DNA of 58,476 nt, counting the filler, from Trichosphaerium sp. ATCC 40318 (Eukaryota; Protista; Tubulinea): the NCBI GenBank assembly GCA_038496445.1. It is 2 parts of 2 records of this genome, joined end to end, with 100 filler letters (N's around TTAATTAATTAA, not from the genome) between each part and the next. Parts side by side here need not be neighbours in the genome. Positions count along the whole stretch, not along the records: positions 1 to 27,616 come from JALMLS010000137.1; 1 more part is not named here. One strand, written 5' to 3'. The notes beneath the pieces are model-generated. The model saw nothing but the letters and a program-made list of their open reading frames with translations, did not search any database and was not told the origin of the DNA. Made by a program: the position numbers and the translations under genes. Below are positions 1-16,934 of the stretch, piece after piece. The first letter of the stretch is position 1. Each line of letters starts with the position of its first letter.

Positions 1-2687
<2,687 letters not shown>

Positions 2688-4367
2688 TGTGAACTAAAGG
2701 GTCGTACTATATGCTGAAAATGAGCCACTTTGACCAATTAATACTAAAATCACTTGAAAGTCGTTTTTGTATTGAAACGGTAGTTTTATGGCTTTTTAGC
2801 AGTAATACAGAGAAAGCAAAACCAATGTTGTCTTCTTCAGACTTCCAAGGTGGCGATGAAGTCAACCTGATGTAAAAAAAATAGAAAAAAATAAGAACAA
2901 GATGACATTTATCTCAGGCGCTAGCCATTTTGTACCTACGAATCAGTTGGCTACGATTACTATAATTTGCATCGTTACTACTATTATAAATTACAAGAAC
3001 TTGTTAGCGCCTTTGATCAGTGTAAGTTCGTGGTTGCGTTTAGAAGCGAAAACTGGACAGTGACAGAAGACAGATTGAACTGGGACGTGATTGGCGATAA
3101 AATGCACACGCAATGTCAGCCTCACTAGAGCCGCCAAAAGAAAGAAAGGCTCAACGAGCTAGAAAAGAAGCACTTTATTTTTGTAGTGAGTGGATTGCTT
3201 AAGCAAGTATCTTTGACACATATCAAGCCAGTATTTACACTAATTTACATGTATTGTGATCACTGAAGGGCAGAAACAAGATTATATGCACAAGCACTTC
3301 CAATGGTACAGTATCGTTTACCTTGATTTAATGGGTTTATTTTGTGTCAGAATAAAATAAGAATGTATTGAGTACACATGATATATTTGTGTTTGGTGAA
3401 ACTACTTGCTTCCTCTTTGCAGATGGTTGCTGAACCTCACTAGATACTGACACGTGTTGGGTTTCCTCTGTAATGTTCATTCTCTAATCTTGGTTTAATA
3501 TATACGAGACTAAAGCGGATACATGATAAAAAAGGCGTTCAATGAACTTTTTGCGTAGTTTACGCGAAATAAAAAGTTGATTGATTTGTAAAACTGAAAA
3601 AGAGGCGTTATGTGTACTGGAGCTATGCGAAAGACTAGTGTTTGCTTTGAATAAAGGGTATTCCGTAGTTTAGAGATTTCTTGAAGGAATAATCGCCGTA
3701 AATCTAGTTTTGACGTCAGGTAGCGCTCTTTAATGATATTTGAGTGCGTACCAGCGTTGATAGACATTGTAGTTTTAATTCGTGTACTATTTAACGACAT
3801 CAATTGTTTTCCGTCTAAATTCAACTCTCTGGTAGCGATTTAGTACTTTTGTGTTGAAATAAACGTACTTCGCTTGTGTTGACACTTCCCCAAGACCCAC
3901 GCTTTCTAACCACCCGCACACCTCATCTACTGTCCAGTACCTGTCCATGTGGGCTTTATGATTACCTTTAAGCTATTAGAAGTAGCTCAATTAAGCCAAT
4001 ACAGTTTTGTTGCAAGTACAATTATTTTGTAATTCAGTGAAGCCTTTTGGTCCTTACGGGCTGGAGATAGACGTTAAGAGTAGGTGGACAGTGATTGGCA
4101 GCAAAAAATTTTATCACTTAATCATGTGAGGTTGTTCAAGCTTCTGCGTTTACTCGAGTCAACATAAACAGTAACATTTCCTTTGAACCAGTACTTTTGA
4201 CTACACCAGAAAAAGACGGCATCTACGCCCTTACAAGCAATTCAAGAGTGCTTTTTCACTAATCCTGTGTGGAAAGAGTACACCAAGAGAGTAAAGTTAA
4301 TTTTAAAACGTGATTAAGATATTGATAGTATTCCGTTTACACTAATGATTTACAAAAGGTATTCAGA

Positions 4368-4936
4368 CTATTCTAAATGGCCTTGGAATAATGCTGTACG
4401 CTTTGATACACTACTACGTTGAACCGGTACACACGCATCTGGATCAATTGGATCAATTGGATCAGGTGGATTAGGAAAGGTGATGACAGCATTAAATTCT
4501 GGAGTTGCAATAACAGGTAAGTTCACCCTTGAAAAACCTATTAGCAAAAACACAATGTTTCAAATAAAAAAACAAGCACGTACGTAATTGTGGTCGTAGT
4601 AAAACTAAGGGATACAGTACCATCATCTGGAGATACAAGTGTTGCTCCTAGGGAATAATAGAGTTAGTAAAATAGAGCTTTCCTTTTGTTTTAACACGTG
4701 ATTATTGTACCATCTACGACTGGATTGTCAAAAGTACAAGTTAAAATCGTAGCTAAAAGCCCAGTATTGACAGAAACGACCTTAATATTAATGCCTGTGG
4801 AATCTATATCAACTGAACTTGAGCGCTGATCGGAAGTGCCGTCAAAATAACCAATAAGAGTAGAGTTACGAGATGCATCTCTGTTGTTGTTGTCAGAAAA
4901 AAAGATTTTGTACACATAACAAAACCGCCTTTCCAC
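4368..4936 (-). CDS. Small hypothetical multi-exon protein, Ser/Thr/Val-rich with a PNPPDPIDPIDPD tract; start uncertain
   Basis: ORF pieces 4691-4936, about 4585-4650 and 4368-4553 are separated by GT..AG intron-like gaps. No recognisable family. Confidence 0.45.
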
Positions 4937-5485
4937 GTGTGAACTCGACTTAATTTACCAACGCTGTTTTGTTTACATTAAACAGTAAACAAGCCAAAGA
5001 TTATATAGGAGCTCGGAAAAACTTGAATGTTGCCAACAAAATTTCTGAACTTATTTTAAATGCTGTTCAGAACCCTTGAAAACAACCGCTGAGTAGAAGG
5101 TGTTAAGGGAGCGAAAGCTCGTGTACGAAGTATTAAAATCCCTTTCTGCTATAACTCCACAAACGACCTCTAGGTCCGCTTTTCTACGCGTAAATAAGCG
5201 GATGCCACATTAACAAGATGTTAGAAATTTTGAACCCATTTGAGTCGCTGACGGGAAGTGTAGTCAAAATACAATAAAAGTAGAGGGTAAGTACAAGTGT
5301 ATTATTCGTTTGTTGTTTGTAATTAAAAAATAAGAGATTGTTCACAAAACACAAAGAGCTTTTTTTACAACAACGTAGTTCTTTCTTTCTTTCTACGCGG
5401 ACATGGAACTGTGTACTCGCTACCACCAATATAGTAACACGTGTTTCTAAATATTTTTTTGGTTTACTTGCTTCATTGTATTTTA

Positions 5486-8400
5486 TTACTCCACAGGTGG
5501 CCACATATTTGATAGTATTGAATGGTATTCTTTGTTTATCCACAATGCTAAAGCACCAAGTAAAAATTTCGGATTTTCCTCCCTGTAAGACAGTAAGCCA
5601 AATTTTGACGAAATGAAACTGTTAACTGTACCATTGTTCAAGTAACTTAGCTTTTGAGTCAATTTTATGCTTTACAAGCGTTTGTACAAGTGCTGTTGTC
5701 TTTCTAGACGCCCAATCTTGAGTCACAATTATCGGTTGAGTTGTATAGTAACCCTAAAAGATCAGTAAGCATGATTGGAAAAATAACCAGTTGACATTTA
5801 GCCAGAAATAGTTCGTACAGTGAGTGTCTTCATCTTTGGTACAATAGAACCATTAAGAAGAAAGTAGGCAAACCATTTATACTTTTCAACACGTTCTGGG
5901 AAAGGTACTTGCTATTAAAGACGAAGCGTGAGTGGAGATAAGATGTGGCATGCGAGAAAAGTTGTAGGTAAAAAAACTGTACCTGCAAAGGTAGTTCCCA
6001 TGATTTAGGTCCAAATGTTGGTCGAACAAAGCACGTCAACATATCATCAACAGCGACATACTTTGGAGGTGGATCAAATAGTACTTTATCAAAACGGACC
6101 ATAGGTTTACCAAACTCTACAAGCCAATTCGATTGAGCAATGGATACACCTAAACGTTTAGTTAGAAATCTGACCTAAAATCAAGGTTTTCTCTACCTTT
6201 GATGTATCCACGTGATGTAAAAAAGAACTCTTGGAAACAGACAAAGTCAGGCCATTCACCATAAAGGTAAGATGAAGGATGCACATCACATCTTTCTCCT
6301 GTAAGCGTCATATATTGCATCTTCCCAGTTTCAGGTTCACCTTTTTTCTATAAGCAATTGGCTCATAAGGTGAGATGTTATTACCTTCTTCTTGTTTAAC
6401 AGGTACTTTCATGGCTATTCTATCAATAAAACCAGCGCATAGAACCTGTCGTAATAATATTCTCTTGATACGGAATCGTTAGAGGGTAAACAGAAGCAAC
6501 CATTGAAGAATGGAAAAGGATCAAATGTAGTTACCTGTTTTTTACTTGGTGGTTCCATGTAAGCATCAAACTCTATGTCATCGTCGTCCCAGTATTTTCG
6601 CAATATTGTAGTAAGCTGACGTCGAAGCAAGTTTATCTCACGGATATTTTTAATGTGTAAAGCGTGTTTTGTACAAAAGGACTCGCTCTTTCCAGCAAAC
6701 TCATAAGCGCCTATTGATTGAAAAAAAGGTTAGATAAATCCATTAAATATCGCTTGCGTACCAATAGCATTCAACCAACTGAGTTGGTCTGAAGTTTTAT
6801 TACACCATCGGCCATGCGTACGACGCATTTCTTCTCGTCGTAGTTTTTGTTGTTCTAAAATTTAGTTACTTCAAAGAACAGTTATTTCCAATTGAATGCT
6901 TGCCTTTCTTTTTTCGTTTTTCTTCCATGAGTAACTCTGTTGGTGTAAAGTTTCTTGCACCTCTACGACCTTTTTCTTCCCATTCTTTCAAGAAATCGTC
7001 TTTTTCTAGACTCTCAAGCTCACGGAAAGATGTACGATACAATGGATCACCAACAGAAAGTGCAGCAACAATTGCAATTGCAAAATGAAGACATCCACCT
7101 TGCTTAGCCAAAAGAAGCCTTATTAATAAATCAGTACTCTCTTAAACACCACCTTATAACCACAATACAAAACGCACATTTTACCATATCGAGGCATAAC
7201 TGGAAAGTTGACCAGTCGACTTCCTAGGCTTGTGACTTTGTTTGGTTTTTCTTGTTCTATTGCGCCAATGTTCACTAGTGTCTAACAGATTGTTAGCGTT
7301 TCAGCAATCAATGACAACATGTTAGCTGAACAACATAAAAACTAAAGCGTACAGAAGTTGCTGCTTTCAACGAATCTTCGTCTGGCGGTGTTGGAAGCGG
7401 GAATGACTGAAGCTTTGAAATACCCATATTCTTTAATTGAAGTACTACGTCTTCAATTGGTGTTTCTAATATTTCTGGTGCGTCAAATTGGCTCATATGA
7501 TTAGCAAGTACTGCAGTAGAGAAAACCCTATAACAGTGACCTGGTCCATTACGACCTGCACGACCAGCTCTCTACAGAATATGTCAGAAAACTCGTTGTT
7601 CAACGACAAAATCTCATGACTTCTGTGGGTTATTAAACTCAGTTGTATTATACCTGATCAGCAGACGCTCTTGAACACCAAACAATATCATAATAAGACA
7701 TGCCACTAGCCTTTTCATATCGTTTCTAGCAAATAAAATAAGTAAAAACAAATAACTCGAAGACTTTGAAAGGCTAGCTTACTTTCTTGACTTTTCCAGA
7801 ATCTATTACGTATCGAATTCCAGGTATAGTAATCGAAGTCTCTGCAATATTTGTTGCTACAATAACAAGACGCGAACCTTCTCTTGGCTACACATAAATA
7901 AGCTATCATGTAACACAGCGTAAATAGCAATGAAAAAGTCGCACCTTTTCAAAAACTTTCATTTGTTCACTTGGAGGTAAGTCACTGTACAGAGGTAAGA
8001 CCAATAAGTCCAAATCCACCATTTGTTGGTCTGCTGAAGGTGTTTGATCTTCAGTCATTGGTTGTAGTGGTCCAATGAGAGTTTCTGGTGAAGGTTTCTA
8101 CAAAAAAAGTAAACAGAAAACAATGAGTGCAAAGAACTTACAACTCGCTCATCTCTGAATTGTTTTGGTCGCTTTGTTCCGTCTCTTTAAGTCAGAAATA
8201 TAAGTACAAGAAGGTGACGTTCACATGGTAAGAGTAACGTACTCTCCAAATCTTCTCTTAATCTTTGAGCAAAGTTTCTTTACTTCTTCTTGACCTGTGA
8301 CAAAAACAAGAACATCGCCAGGTGGGAGTCTATAGTGAACTTTGATAAGCTTTTTATAACAAGCCTCAATGTAATCTGGATCTGTTTTTTTGTTGTAGTG

Positions 8401-10802
8401 GGTTGTAACATCGAACTGACGTGTAGCTATCGAACCATTAGATTAATCTTTTTTTTTTTTAATTCAATTTTGTACCAATCTTAATGACAGGGGGTGGCTT
8501 TGGAAACATTTTACTGTTCTCTGTAAAATCAGAAACACGAAGTGTTGCACTCATGATTATAAGCTTTAATGGAGATGCAACGACTTCATCAGGACCAAGA
8601 AGCCCTTCCTTCTAAGCAGGTATAAGCTTCGTAAAAATCTTTTCCAAAAAACTACATACAGATTCCTGGTATCGTTTCGCTCTTAGAGGAACAATCCGCG
8701 AGAGCAGTCCAAGAAGAACATCAGTACCTATGGTCCTAAAGACGATAGCGTAAGTATGGTATATTCAAATGTCAGTATACCTCTCATGCGCCTCATCAAT
8801 AATAAGACAACTGTATTGAGATAGTAGAAAATCGCTTTGAAGCTCTCGTAAAAGAATCCCATCAGTCATAAACTTCATTTGTGTATTTGGTCCAACACGT
8901 GAATCGTATCGGATTTGATGCGCTACTACGCTTTCTGAAACATTTAATTCTTCTCTTAGACGTCTTGCCATTGCTGTAGCAGCAACTCGTCTTGGTTCTG
9001 TGATACCAATCTTACCAGGAAAGTGACTAGCAGTCAAACGTTAAAATAAGGCTTATCTAACTAGTTTCTTTGAGACTTGAATACGTACCTTCCTTTGTGA
9101 CTGAAACCCGCTTCGTATAGAAACTGTGGAACCTGTGTTGTTTTACCTATGTTAAAGTTAGAGAAAGAGGTTCATCAAAAGAACAGTTAAGTAACATACC
9201 TGAACCTGTTTCACCACAAATAACAATTACATTATTTTCATATATTTTCTCCATTATATTGTGTTCTTCAGCAATAATAGGCAGTTGTCTACGGCGCTCA
9301 TCAATGTCAGGAATTCTGTGAACATCAACATGAAACGCCTAAAGGCACGTGTTAACGTAAATGTAACAATCTCCAGCAACACCAAAACGAATTTTCTTTC
9401 GTATTCATTTTGGTCGATGTTCTCGTACGTACTTTGTACAGGGTATTAAAATTGCGTTTTGGGTTTGTTGACTGCTTAACTGTTGGTGCTTTTTTGGCTT
9501 TCTTTTTTGAGTCTACTTTGCTCTTTGTTGCCAAATCAACGTCCTTTTGATTGGTGCTATCATTGTTTAATTTCATTGGTTCTTCTGAAATATCCATTGG
9601 ATCATGCTCCTTTATTGGTTCTTTTGATTGTTTAGCTTTAGCTAAAGCAGCTCTAGCGTCTTCTTCATCGTCTTCACTATCCTCATCCATGTCATCTTCC
9701 TCACTCTCACTTGAAGATTCATCGTATGTCAAAAAACTCTTTTTAATTTGTCGTAATTTTGGTTCTTTTACTATCTTACGCTTCTTTTGAGGCTACATAA
9801 TAAATAAATACTACTAAAACAATCGAGCATGTTCCATACAGTACGTCAAGTAACAACAGATTTCAAAAAAATTCAAAAAAACAAAATGTCATGTTCAACC
9901 ATCACGTGGTATTGTCTACTGACGTTTGAACCAGAAATTTTGATCACGTACAGTAGGTTCAATTTCGGGTAAGTTATAAGATGTAGCCATTCTAGCGAAA
10001 TCTTGAAAATCTGTGATGTCATTTTTTACTTCTACTTCTTGAAAAACCTCAACGTCATCATATGTATTAGGAACGCCTGCTTTCATTTCTCTAAATGTTC
10101 TCTTCAATCTTTGTTTCTTTGTTTCTTTCTATATGGCCATCAATAAGCCATAGCAGTAGACGACAAAGAGCACAAAAAATAGCACGAAAAAACAATGACA
10201 TTTGACGTTTTCGAATGTGTCTTTAATCAACGTTAATGTAAAAAACATACCCTTCCTATCAAATTACTGCTAAGCAATAAAGGTTGTATAGTTTGGACTG
10301 CATCTCGATGTTTTCTGGAGAAGTCAAGGATTATTGGGTACAGAAAAAATTAAAAATGGGCGTATGGCGTTTAAGGATACGCAAGCTCTGCGAATAGACC
10401 TTTTCTAGCTTTTTCTTTTTTTCTTTTAGCCTATGTGATTGTTAAAAATCCGAATTATGCTTATATTTAAAAATTCTTGGCGTATGGGGTAGGTTTTAAC
10501 ATACTTTTAAAGTTGTAACTCGTCGTTTTTCTTCTTTTCTTATTTTTCTGTGACGCATTTCTTCCATAGCTAGAGCATCTTTGTGGTATCTCGACTGCTT
10601 CAGTATTGGTTGTGAAGGCTAAACATGTGTTTTTACAGTAATTCGTTACTTTTTGACGTACGCCTGTTTTTTTCTTCCTTGGCGCAGCAAGTACTATGTC
10701 AGTGTCGCTGAAAAAGGTCAGATTACAAAAATTATAGCATACATACGCGTAAGCGCTGCTGTCAACCACATTTGCGTCTAAAACGCTTGGTAGGTACGCC
10801 AT
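5486..10802 (-). CDS. DHX37: DEAH-box RNA helicase DHX37/Dhr1 (SSU processome), multi-exon
   Basis: [95 protein letters not shown], acidic N-terminal tract, C-terminal [19 protein letters not shown] (stop 5486-5488). Confidence 0.92.
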
Positions 10803-11015
10803 GGGTGGTTATTGGTCGTTTCCGTAGGTCAGGAAATTTACTTTAATTTTCAACACTCGCAGGTAGTTGTATGCGCGTCTTTGCTGCCGTTGCTATAATA
10901 AATTCGCGAATCAAACGAAATTGAGGCAATAAACTTAACGTTTCCTGAAAGTCAAAATCAAAGCAACTTAAGTACTCCAGCGTTCATGTCGTTGTATACG
11001 TAGTATAACGTTGGT
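10803..11015. promoter_or_regulatory. Probable compact bidirectional promoter between DHX37 and the kinase
   Basis: Divergent start codons only 213 bp apart; TATAATAA-like word near 10894. Confidence 0.45.
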
Positions 11016-13414
11016 ATGACCGACACAACCGATACGCCCGATATTCCAACAGATAATGTTAAAAGGAACGATTTGGCAACGTCACTAGATTCAGAGGGCT
11101 ATGAATGGGTCTTGAGTGATGCCAATGAAAAGGCGTCAAGCTATCTTATGTATTGCACGCCAATGTTGCGTCAACAGCCCACCAGTACGATGCCCGAGCT
11201 AACGAACGTCGAATTTGCTGCTGGCATAAATAAATTGCTGTCAGAGATCCAACATAGCTCTACAGTTGAGTTTAGTGATCTTAAGATCGACCACAAGTTA
11301 GGAAATGGTACGTTTTAATCTTGTAAACGAAAACGCGCTCAGAAAGTCTAACTACGCTTCAGGAGTATTTGGCGAAGTCTGGAAAGCAAAAATATGGCGT
11401 TTAGACGTTGCAGTTAAGGTAATTTAACTACATAATTTTTAACGGCCGTAACACTAAGTAGATGCTCACTGCTAAGGTATCACCTACGAATACTGCTGAT
11501 TTCCAGAAAGAAATAGCAATCTTGAAGTGAGCGAAAAGCAAGTTTTTTATTTTGTTGAATAACACACTTTTCAGGACATTACGGCATCCAAATTGTGTTT
11601 TATTATTAGGTTATTGTGGGCCACCAACTCTTTCTATTGTAACAGAACTAATGGACATGGGTACAACCACGTGACTGATATTGCACACTAGAAATTGACT
11701 TTGAAAAAAAAACAGGTGATTTGCGCACCATTTTGGACTCTAATGCTAGAATGATGGGTGCTCATATCTTGCATATTGTAACATCTGTAGCACAAGGTAC
11801 GAACCAGTCTATTTTGAAGAAACTAAACTGTTTTTTTAAGGCATGAATTATCTACACAAACATCAACCTCTTGTTTTGCATCGTGACTTAAAAAGTTCTA
11901 ACATTTTGGTACTTTAAATACTGCTATATGTTTACTACTACAATACCATTTTTATTTCTAATGTATGTTTGTAGCTTGCAAATGACTATAAAATAGTTAA
12001 GGCAAGATGATCAAAACTATTTGTTTATCCGTCTTATGTTTTAAAAGGTGGCTGATTTTGGTATCAGCACGCTTAAAACAAGCAATGGGCAAGATCCCTC
12101 AACACCCTTTAATTGCACTGTACCCTGGAGAGCTCCAGAAGTACGTACTCTTCCACAATTACCAGCGTCTGATGTATACAGTTACGGTATGTCTTCATCT
12201 ATTTTTGTCATTTCGTATTCTAAAGTTTCCAATGTAGGTATTGTACTGTGGGAATTGATGACTAGGAAGTATCCTTGGAAGGATGTTCGTATTATAGACA
12301 TTTTAAGAAGGGTAGGAAGTACGTTCAGTTTGACCTTTTTATAGTATAAAATACACTCTAATATTTTTTAATTAAATACTTTGTTAAGATGGAGAGCGAC
12401 CTCCTTTGCCTTCAAGTTATCCAGTTATATATACGGACCTGGTAAAGAAGTGTTGGAGCCAAGATCCAAATGATAGACCAACATTTGAACAAGTCATTGA
12501 AATACTTGACCCTCTAAAGAAATCCGACCCAGTACGACTTTTTTTTTATTCCACCTTTTTACTATAGTCTTATGCTTATTAGATGATGCTCATTTTGTCC
12601 CTACCAAGAAACGTGAACCATGAGTATCCGTCATACTTTTCACGTATATGGGAAATGGTATTTTTAGACGAAAAAGCAGAGGCGGAAGGTCTTGGTACTG
12701 CCAAAAATCTTGTTTTCGCAACATGTGTTTTTTCTAACACCAAAAAAAAAATAGAGTATTTGAACAATTATGTAATGCCAGAGATCTGTAAGTATTCAGA
12801 TGGGTTTTATTTTGCTACTGATGATTTTGGAAAGATGTTTACTATTGTGTGCTATAATAATGATGAGAATGTAGCCCGTGTTGATAGAGTACGACCTGAC
12901 TTTTAAATTGTTATTCCTGATTTCTTTTCAACAGGTTATTTCCGAAAGACCTCGGTTCTGGAATACCTTACTACGTGTTGCAACTGTTCATAAGCATTAT
13001 GCACTTGAAAGCGTTCAACTGGGTGTTAGACCTGGAGCTCAGTATGCTGTTGTATCACGTGTTCTCCTAAAACCTGGTACTCAACCAAAAGCTGCAGCGC
13101 TGTTTAGAGGTTAGTTTTTTTATGATACCTTCAAACAATTTACAAACTTTTTAGCGCTGGTAGTCCCTTCTATGAGTAAAAAGATACCACAATGGCGTGG
13201 AACTGTTATTAGTACTAGTTTCCATAGAGGACAGGTTATAATGTTCTTTCTACTGACAGGAAAAGATGGTATTGAACAGATTAAAAAAACGAGAATAATG
13301 CAAAAAACAATTGGTCAATTCAATACATTCCTTGATGCTGTACCAACAATAGAAGTTTATAAATTACATAGATACCAGCCAGCAAAAGAATTTAACCCAA
13401 ATACCACCAAGTAA
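11016..13414 (+). CDS. Tyrosine-kinase-like (TKL) Ser/Thr kinase with a C-terminal extra domain, multi-exon
   Basis: LGNG/VFGEVWKA, VAVK, LRHPNCVLLLG, LHRDLKSSNIL, VADFGIS, TVPWRAPE, SDVYSYG, LWELMT, CWSQDPNDRPTF. About 230 further residues follow the kinase domain. Confidence 0.92.
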
Positions 13415-13838
13415 TAATTGTAAGAATAGAACATGTACACTAAAAAACCCGTCGTTGCTTTCGCCAACAATACTGATAACAAAAAAAGTTTGATGTTCGG
13501 TTTGCCTGAAAGGTAAAACACGTAGGTTTTCAATTCTCTTTTGCTGCACTGTAACTTAACGTTGTAAATTTTTTGTAAGTACGAAAATAATAACTGAATG
13601 CTCATCAGCTAAAATCAATGGTACAAATCAGCAAATTTATTGAACAGCTCGATACTAAGGAGCATTAGTTGACTTAATAACAATTGTTTCAAGGACCAAA
13701 CTTGAAGAGCGCTAAACTCCTGTTACAACAAATAAGTACGTGGTAAGCCGATTGTAGATGAAGACCAGAAAACAAGTTGTGTGCACGAGAATTTGGTTGG
13801 ACTATTTATTGTTCCGCTCTGTCCATTTATAACACGTG

Positions 13839-15845
13839 ATGCTCTACGAAACAATTTTCCTTCTATTCTCAGTATACGCTTCATGCAATATAATAATACA
13901 TAGTGGGATACCTACGGAACAAATAATAGAGTCTTCACCTTTAGTTTTCGGTGGTAACTCTTTATTCTTTACAACAATACATAATACCACTGTTAGAAGG
14001 ATATATGATGCGATCCCAGGTTAGTATTTCTTTTTGTTTCTTTTATCTCATTGTCTAAACGCTATCGGACTATCAATAGGTGATGCTGTGTTTCTTACGC
14101 ATGGTGAAATTTCGAGTAGTAATCTTCTAAAAGCGATGGACATAGGAGCTTCGGTTATTATTATTTCGTACAATAGTAGGTTTGTTTCGCCTGGATGTGC
14201 AATGTATTTCGTGTATGGTAAGTATTGTCAACGTTTAACCACGTGCCATATTTGATCGAATCGCCAAAAACACATACTTTTAGCGTGGGCCTACTTTAGG
14301 GAGTGATAAGAACAAAGATGTAGCCCTAGTTTTTTTTTCGTCAAGAACTTCTTCATTTGTTTCTGATGTGGTGCTAGATAGGAGCTTGAAAAGACTTTCT
14401 ATACCCATTGTGGAGGTAAACGATGACGATTTAGAAGGTATAGTTCCAAATGGAACGATTACAGCTACAATCACATCAAGTAAGGATGACGTGTCTAAAT
14501 CTTTGTTTTCGGCTCAAACTAATTTTTATTATTTCAGCGCACAACGGGTGCCATAGTTTTTTTAGTGGGGCCGGGTTCGCTATAATGCAAGCTATACTAG
14601 CATTAGTTTGTTTTGCCGCTTTGGTATTATGTGTTGTGAGGTAAGATACAGGGCAAGAGATGTTCCGGACCACCTGTCAAAAAAAACCCAGCGAAAATAG
14701 GACTTTCGTTTTAAAGAAGCTAACTGTCTTTTAAGGGCTTATCAATACTACAAGCTTGGAGACCTTTTCGAAATATCTCTACCTGTGGTTGCTATCGCAA
14801 TAGAAACTGTAGGAAATACACGTGCGTAAGAGATGTTCTTAGGTGTCACTAAACTGCGTTGTAGTGAAGTTCATTTACATACTTAATTTTTTTGGATCAA
14901 GGCAATTGTATGCGTATCAGTTTGATGAGTTTATGCTTTCAATCAGCTTCCCACTTTCTACAATCACTAATGTTCTCATTACTATGTTCTGGCATGTATT
15001 AAAAAGTTATTATTACATTGATAACTTACATGGGGACTAGGCACGAAACACTTGTTGCAAAGGGAGTTCAAATCCATGTCTTCCTCAAAACAAAAAGATT
15101 TCGAATATGCTTCATAGCCTTGAGCGCTTTCTTAATCATCACTGATATCGTTGCCGCTATACTAAGAGCTGCTACAACAGAAACACCAACTGCAATACTA
15201 TACATACCATTCATCCTAAACTTCTTTACAAACTTTACGGTATTGATATACAGCGTTGTAATTTTAACAAGGGTACTGTCCAAGAAAACGAAATTCTGAT
15301 TTTAACTTACGTTTATTTCAAGGTCTACAAACGTGCTGGTGGGTTTGAATCTAAAAAATCGAAGCTACTGACAAAGGTAAAGGACAATTTGTTTTGATAT
15401 TAACTTTTTTTACTACACGTGACTAACACGTGTAATAAGATTTTGAGACGATTGACGCTAAATTCAATTCTTATTGTTATATTGCTTTTCAGCGTAATCG
15501 TTATGGCTATTCCTGCAAAGCAAAATATAGCAACAAGAAAAACAGTGTATTCTCTTGGCTTCTTTTACTGTTCTCAAATGGCACTTTCAATCCTTCAAGT
15601 AATTGTTGATCACGTTAGAGTTGAATGCTTATTTGTTCTTAGGTTTACTCTTTCCAACCTGTCGGCCCATTAAAGACTTCTACGGGCAGCAAGAATTCAA
15701 AAACATCTAGTAGTACTAGCAAGAACGATATACACATTGATAAGCAAAGTGTAGCACAAATGTACGTTTTCTTTTTTTTTTGATCTACGTTGTAATCTAA
15801 TTGTTTCAAAGCAAAACTGTATCAAAACCGAAGTACGAAGTTTAA
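13839..15845 (+). CDS. Signal peptide + PA-like extracellular region + about 7 TM helices (GPCR-like membrane protein), multi-exon
   Basis: Hydrophobic N-terminus; AMDIGASVIII and SIPIVEV motifs resemble a PA domain; a run of hydrophobic exons from 14570 to 15650; Ser/Lys-rich tail. Confidence 0.6.
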
Positions 15846-16016
15846 AGAACTCCCTTCCCTATGTACAATAACCAAAGAAATTTCATGTGTTATAGGTAAA
15901 TAATTAGCCACCTAATGTTAGAAAGGTGACACCGAAGTCAAGAAAAAAAACCCCACGTGATTGTAAACTGTTTAATTGTTGCTGTGAGTACATTGAATAA
16001 TAGACGCGTTTAGCAT

Positions 16017-16536
16017 TTAAGCACCATGAGTTTTGATGTCACGTAATGACGCAATTTTCCTCGTTTTTGTTATGTATTCAACTACAACTTGGCGTTGGTC
16101 ACCTTATTGCGGTCAGTAAAAAAACCACGAAAAAGTAAAAACAAAGTCAGTACCTTGCAGCTGAAGTACAGGCGCTTCATCAGTTCCTTGAATACTGACA
16201 GTACAATGGCATAACTAAACGCAATCAGTAAACATAAAAATACAGCGAGTATTATCGATAAGAACAACGTACCTTACGAAGCTCTTTTTGTACTTTTAAA
16301 ATTAACTTCTTTAAATTCACCTTGAGCTTCGTAGTTTCAAGTCCTTCAACAATAGTCCAGCCTTTCCTGGTATTGCGCTTATGGTACCTGGTACAGTTAG
16401 ATTGAAAGCGAATACACTAGTCCTACCATATGTGGATGCTAATGGTGTTCTCCTGTTCAAATGCCCAGTCGTTTGGATAGTGTATTGGTATATTCTGGTT
16501 AGCTATGTCATTATTGCTGCGTGGGTTTGGTTGCAT
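16017..16536 (-). CDS. eIF1/SUI1-like translation initiation factor (divergent), 4 exons; not recovered as such by the ORF track
   Basis: Spliced by eye: ISIHIW/YHKRNTRKGWTIVEGLETTKLKVNLKKLILKVQKELRK/LCHCTVSIQGTDEAPVLQLQG/DQRQVVVEYITKTRKIASLRDIKTHGA*. This follows the SUI1 pattern HIR.QQRNGRK.LT.VQG ... IQLQGDQR ... KVHG. Confidence 0.85.
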
Positions 16537-16862
16537 GTATACGTTGGCGTAATTAATAATTTGTTTATGGCACAATTCGCAATGAAGATTTGTAGCGACA
16601 TTTAAAACACTGGCGTCTGTAATCACAAAAATTTCTCAATGTCAATTATTGTTTTTTTTGAAGTGTTAACAATAAAGTAAGCTTCAACAAGTAAGTGCCT
16701 GACTTTGGCGTCTTTTCACAAGATAATTTCACTGAAATAGACCGTTGACCAAGCAAGAATACGCTTCAATCTCAACTAAAAAATTTTGACATTTCCAAAA
16801 TTCGAAAAAACGCTTCCACAGGCCAAAATAAAAAGTGTCAGCAGTGCCAGGGCAAGCAAAAC

Positions 16863-16934
16863 AGTCCCCGACGGGACTTGAACCCGCAATCCCCAGATCC
16901 GAAGACTGGTGCCATACCATTAGGCCACGAAGAC
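16863..16934 (-). tRNA. tRNA-Arg (anticodon UCG), intact
   Basis: GTCTTCG TGGCCTAATGGTATGGC A CCAGT CT-TCG-GA TCTGG GGATT GCGGG TTCAAGT CCCGT CGGGGAC T. Cloverleaf, A box and B box present; TTTT follows closely. Confidence 0.93.

Noticed and set aside
9650-9730. Trinucleotide-like TCTTCA/TCATCC low-complexity tract
   Set aside because: It encodes the ordinary acidic linker of DHX37.
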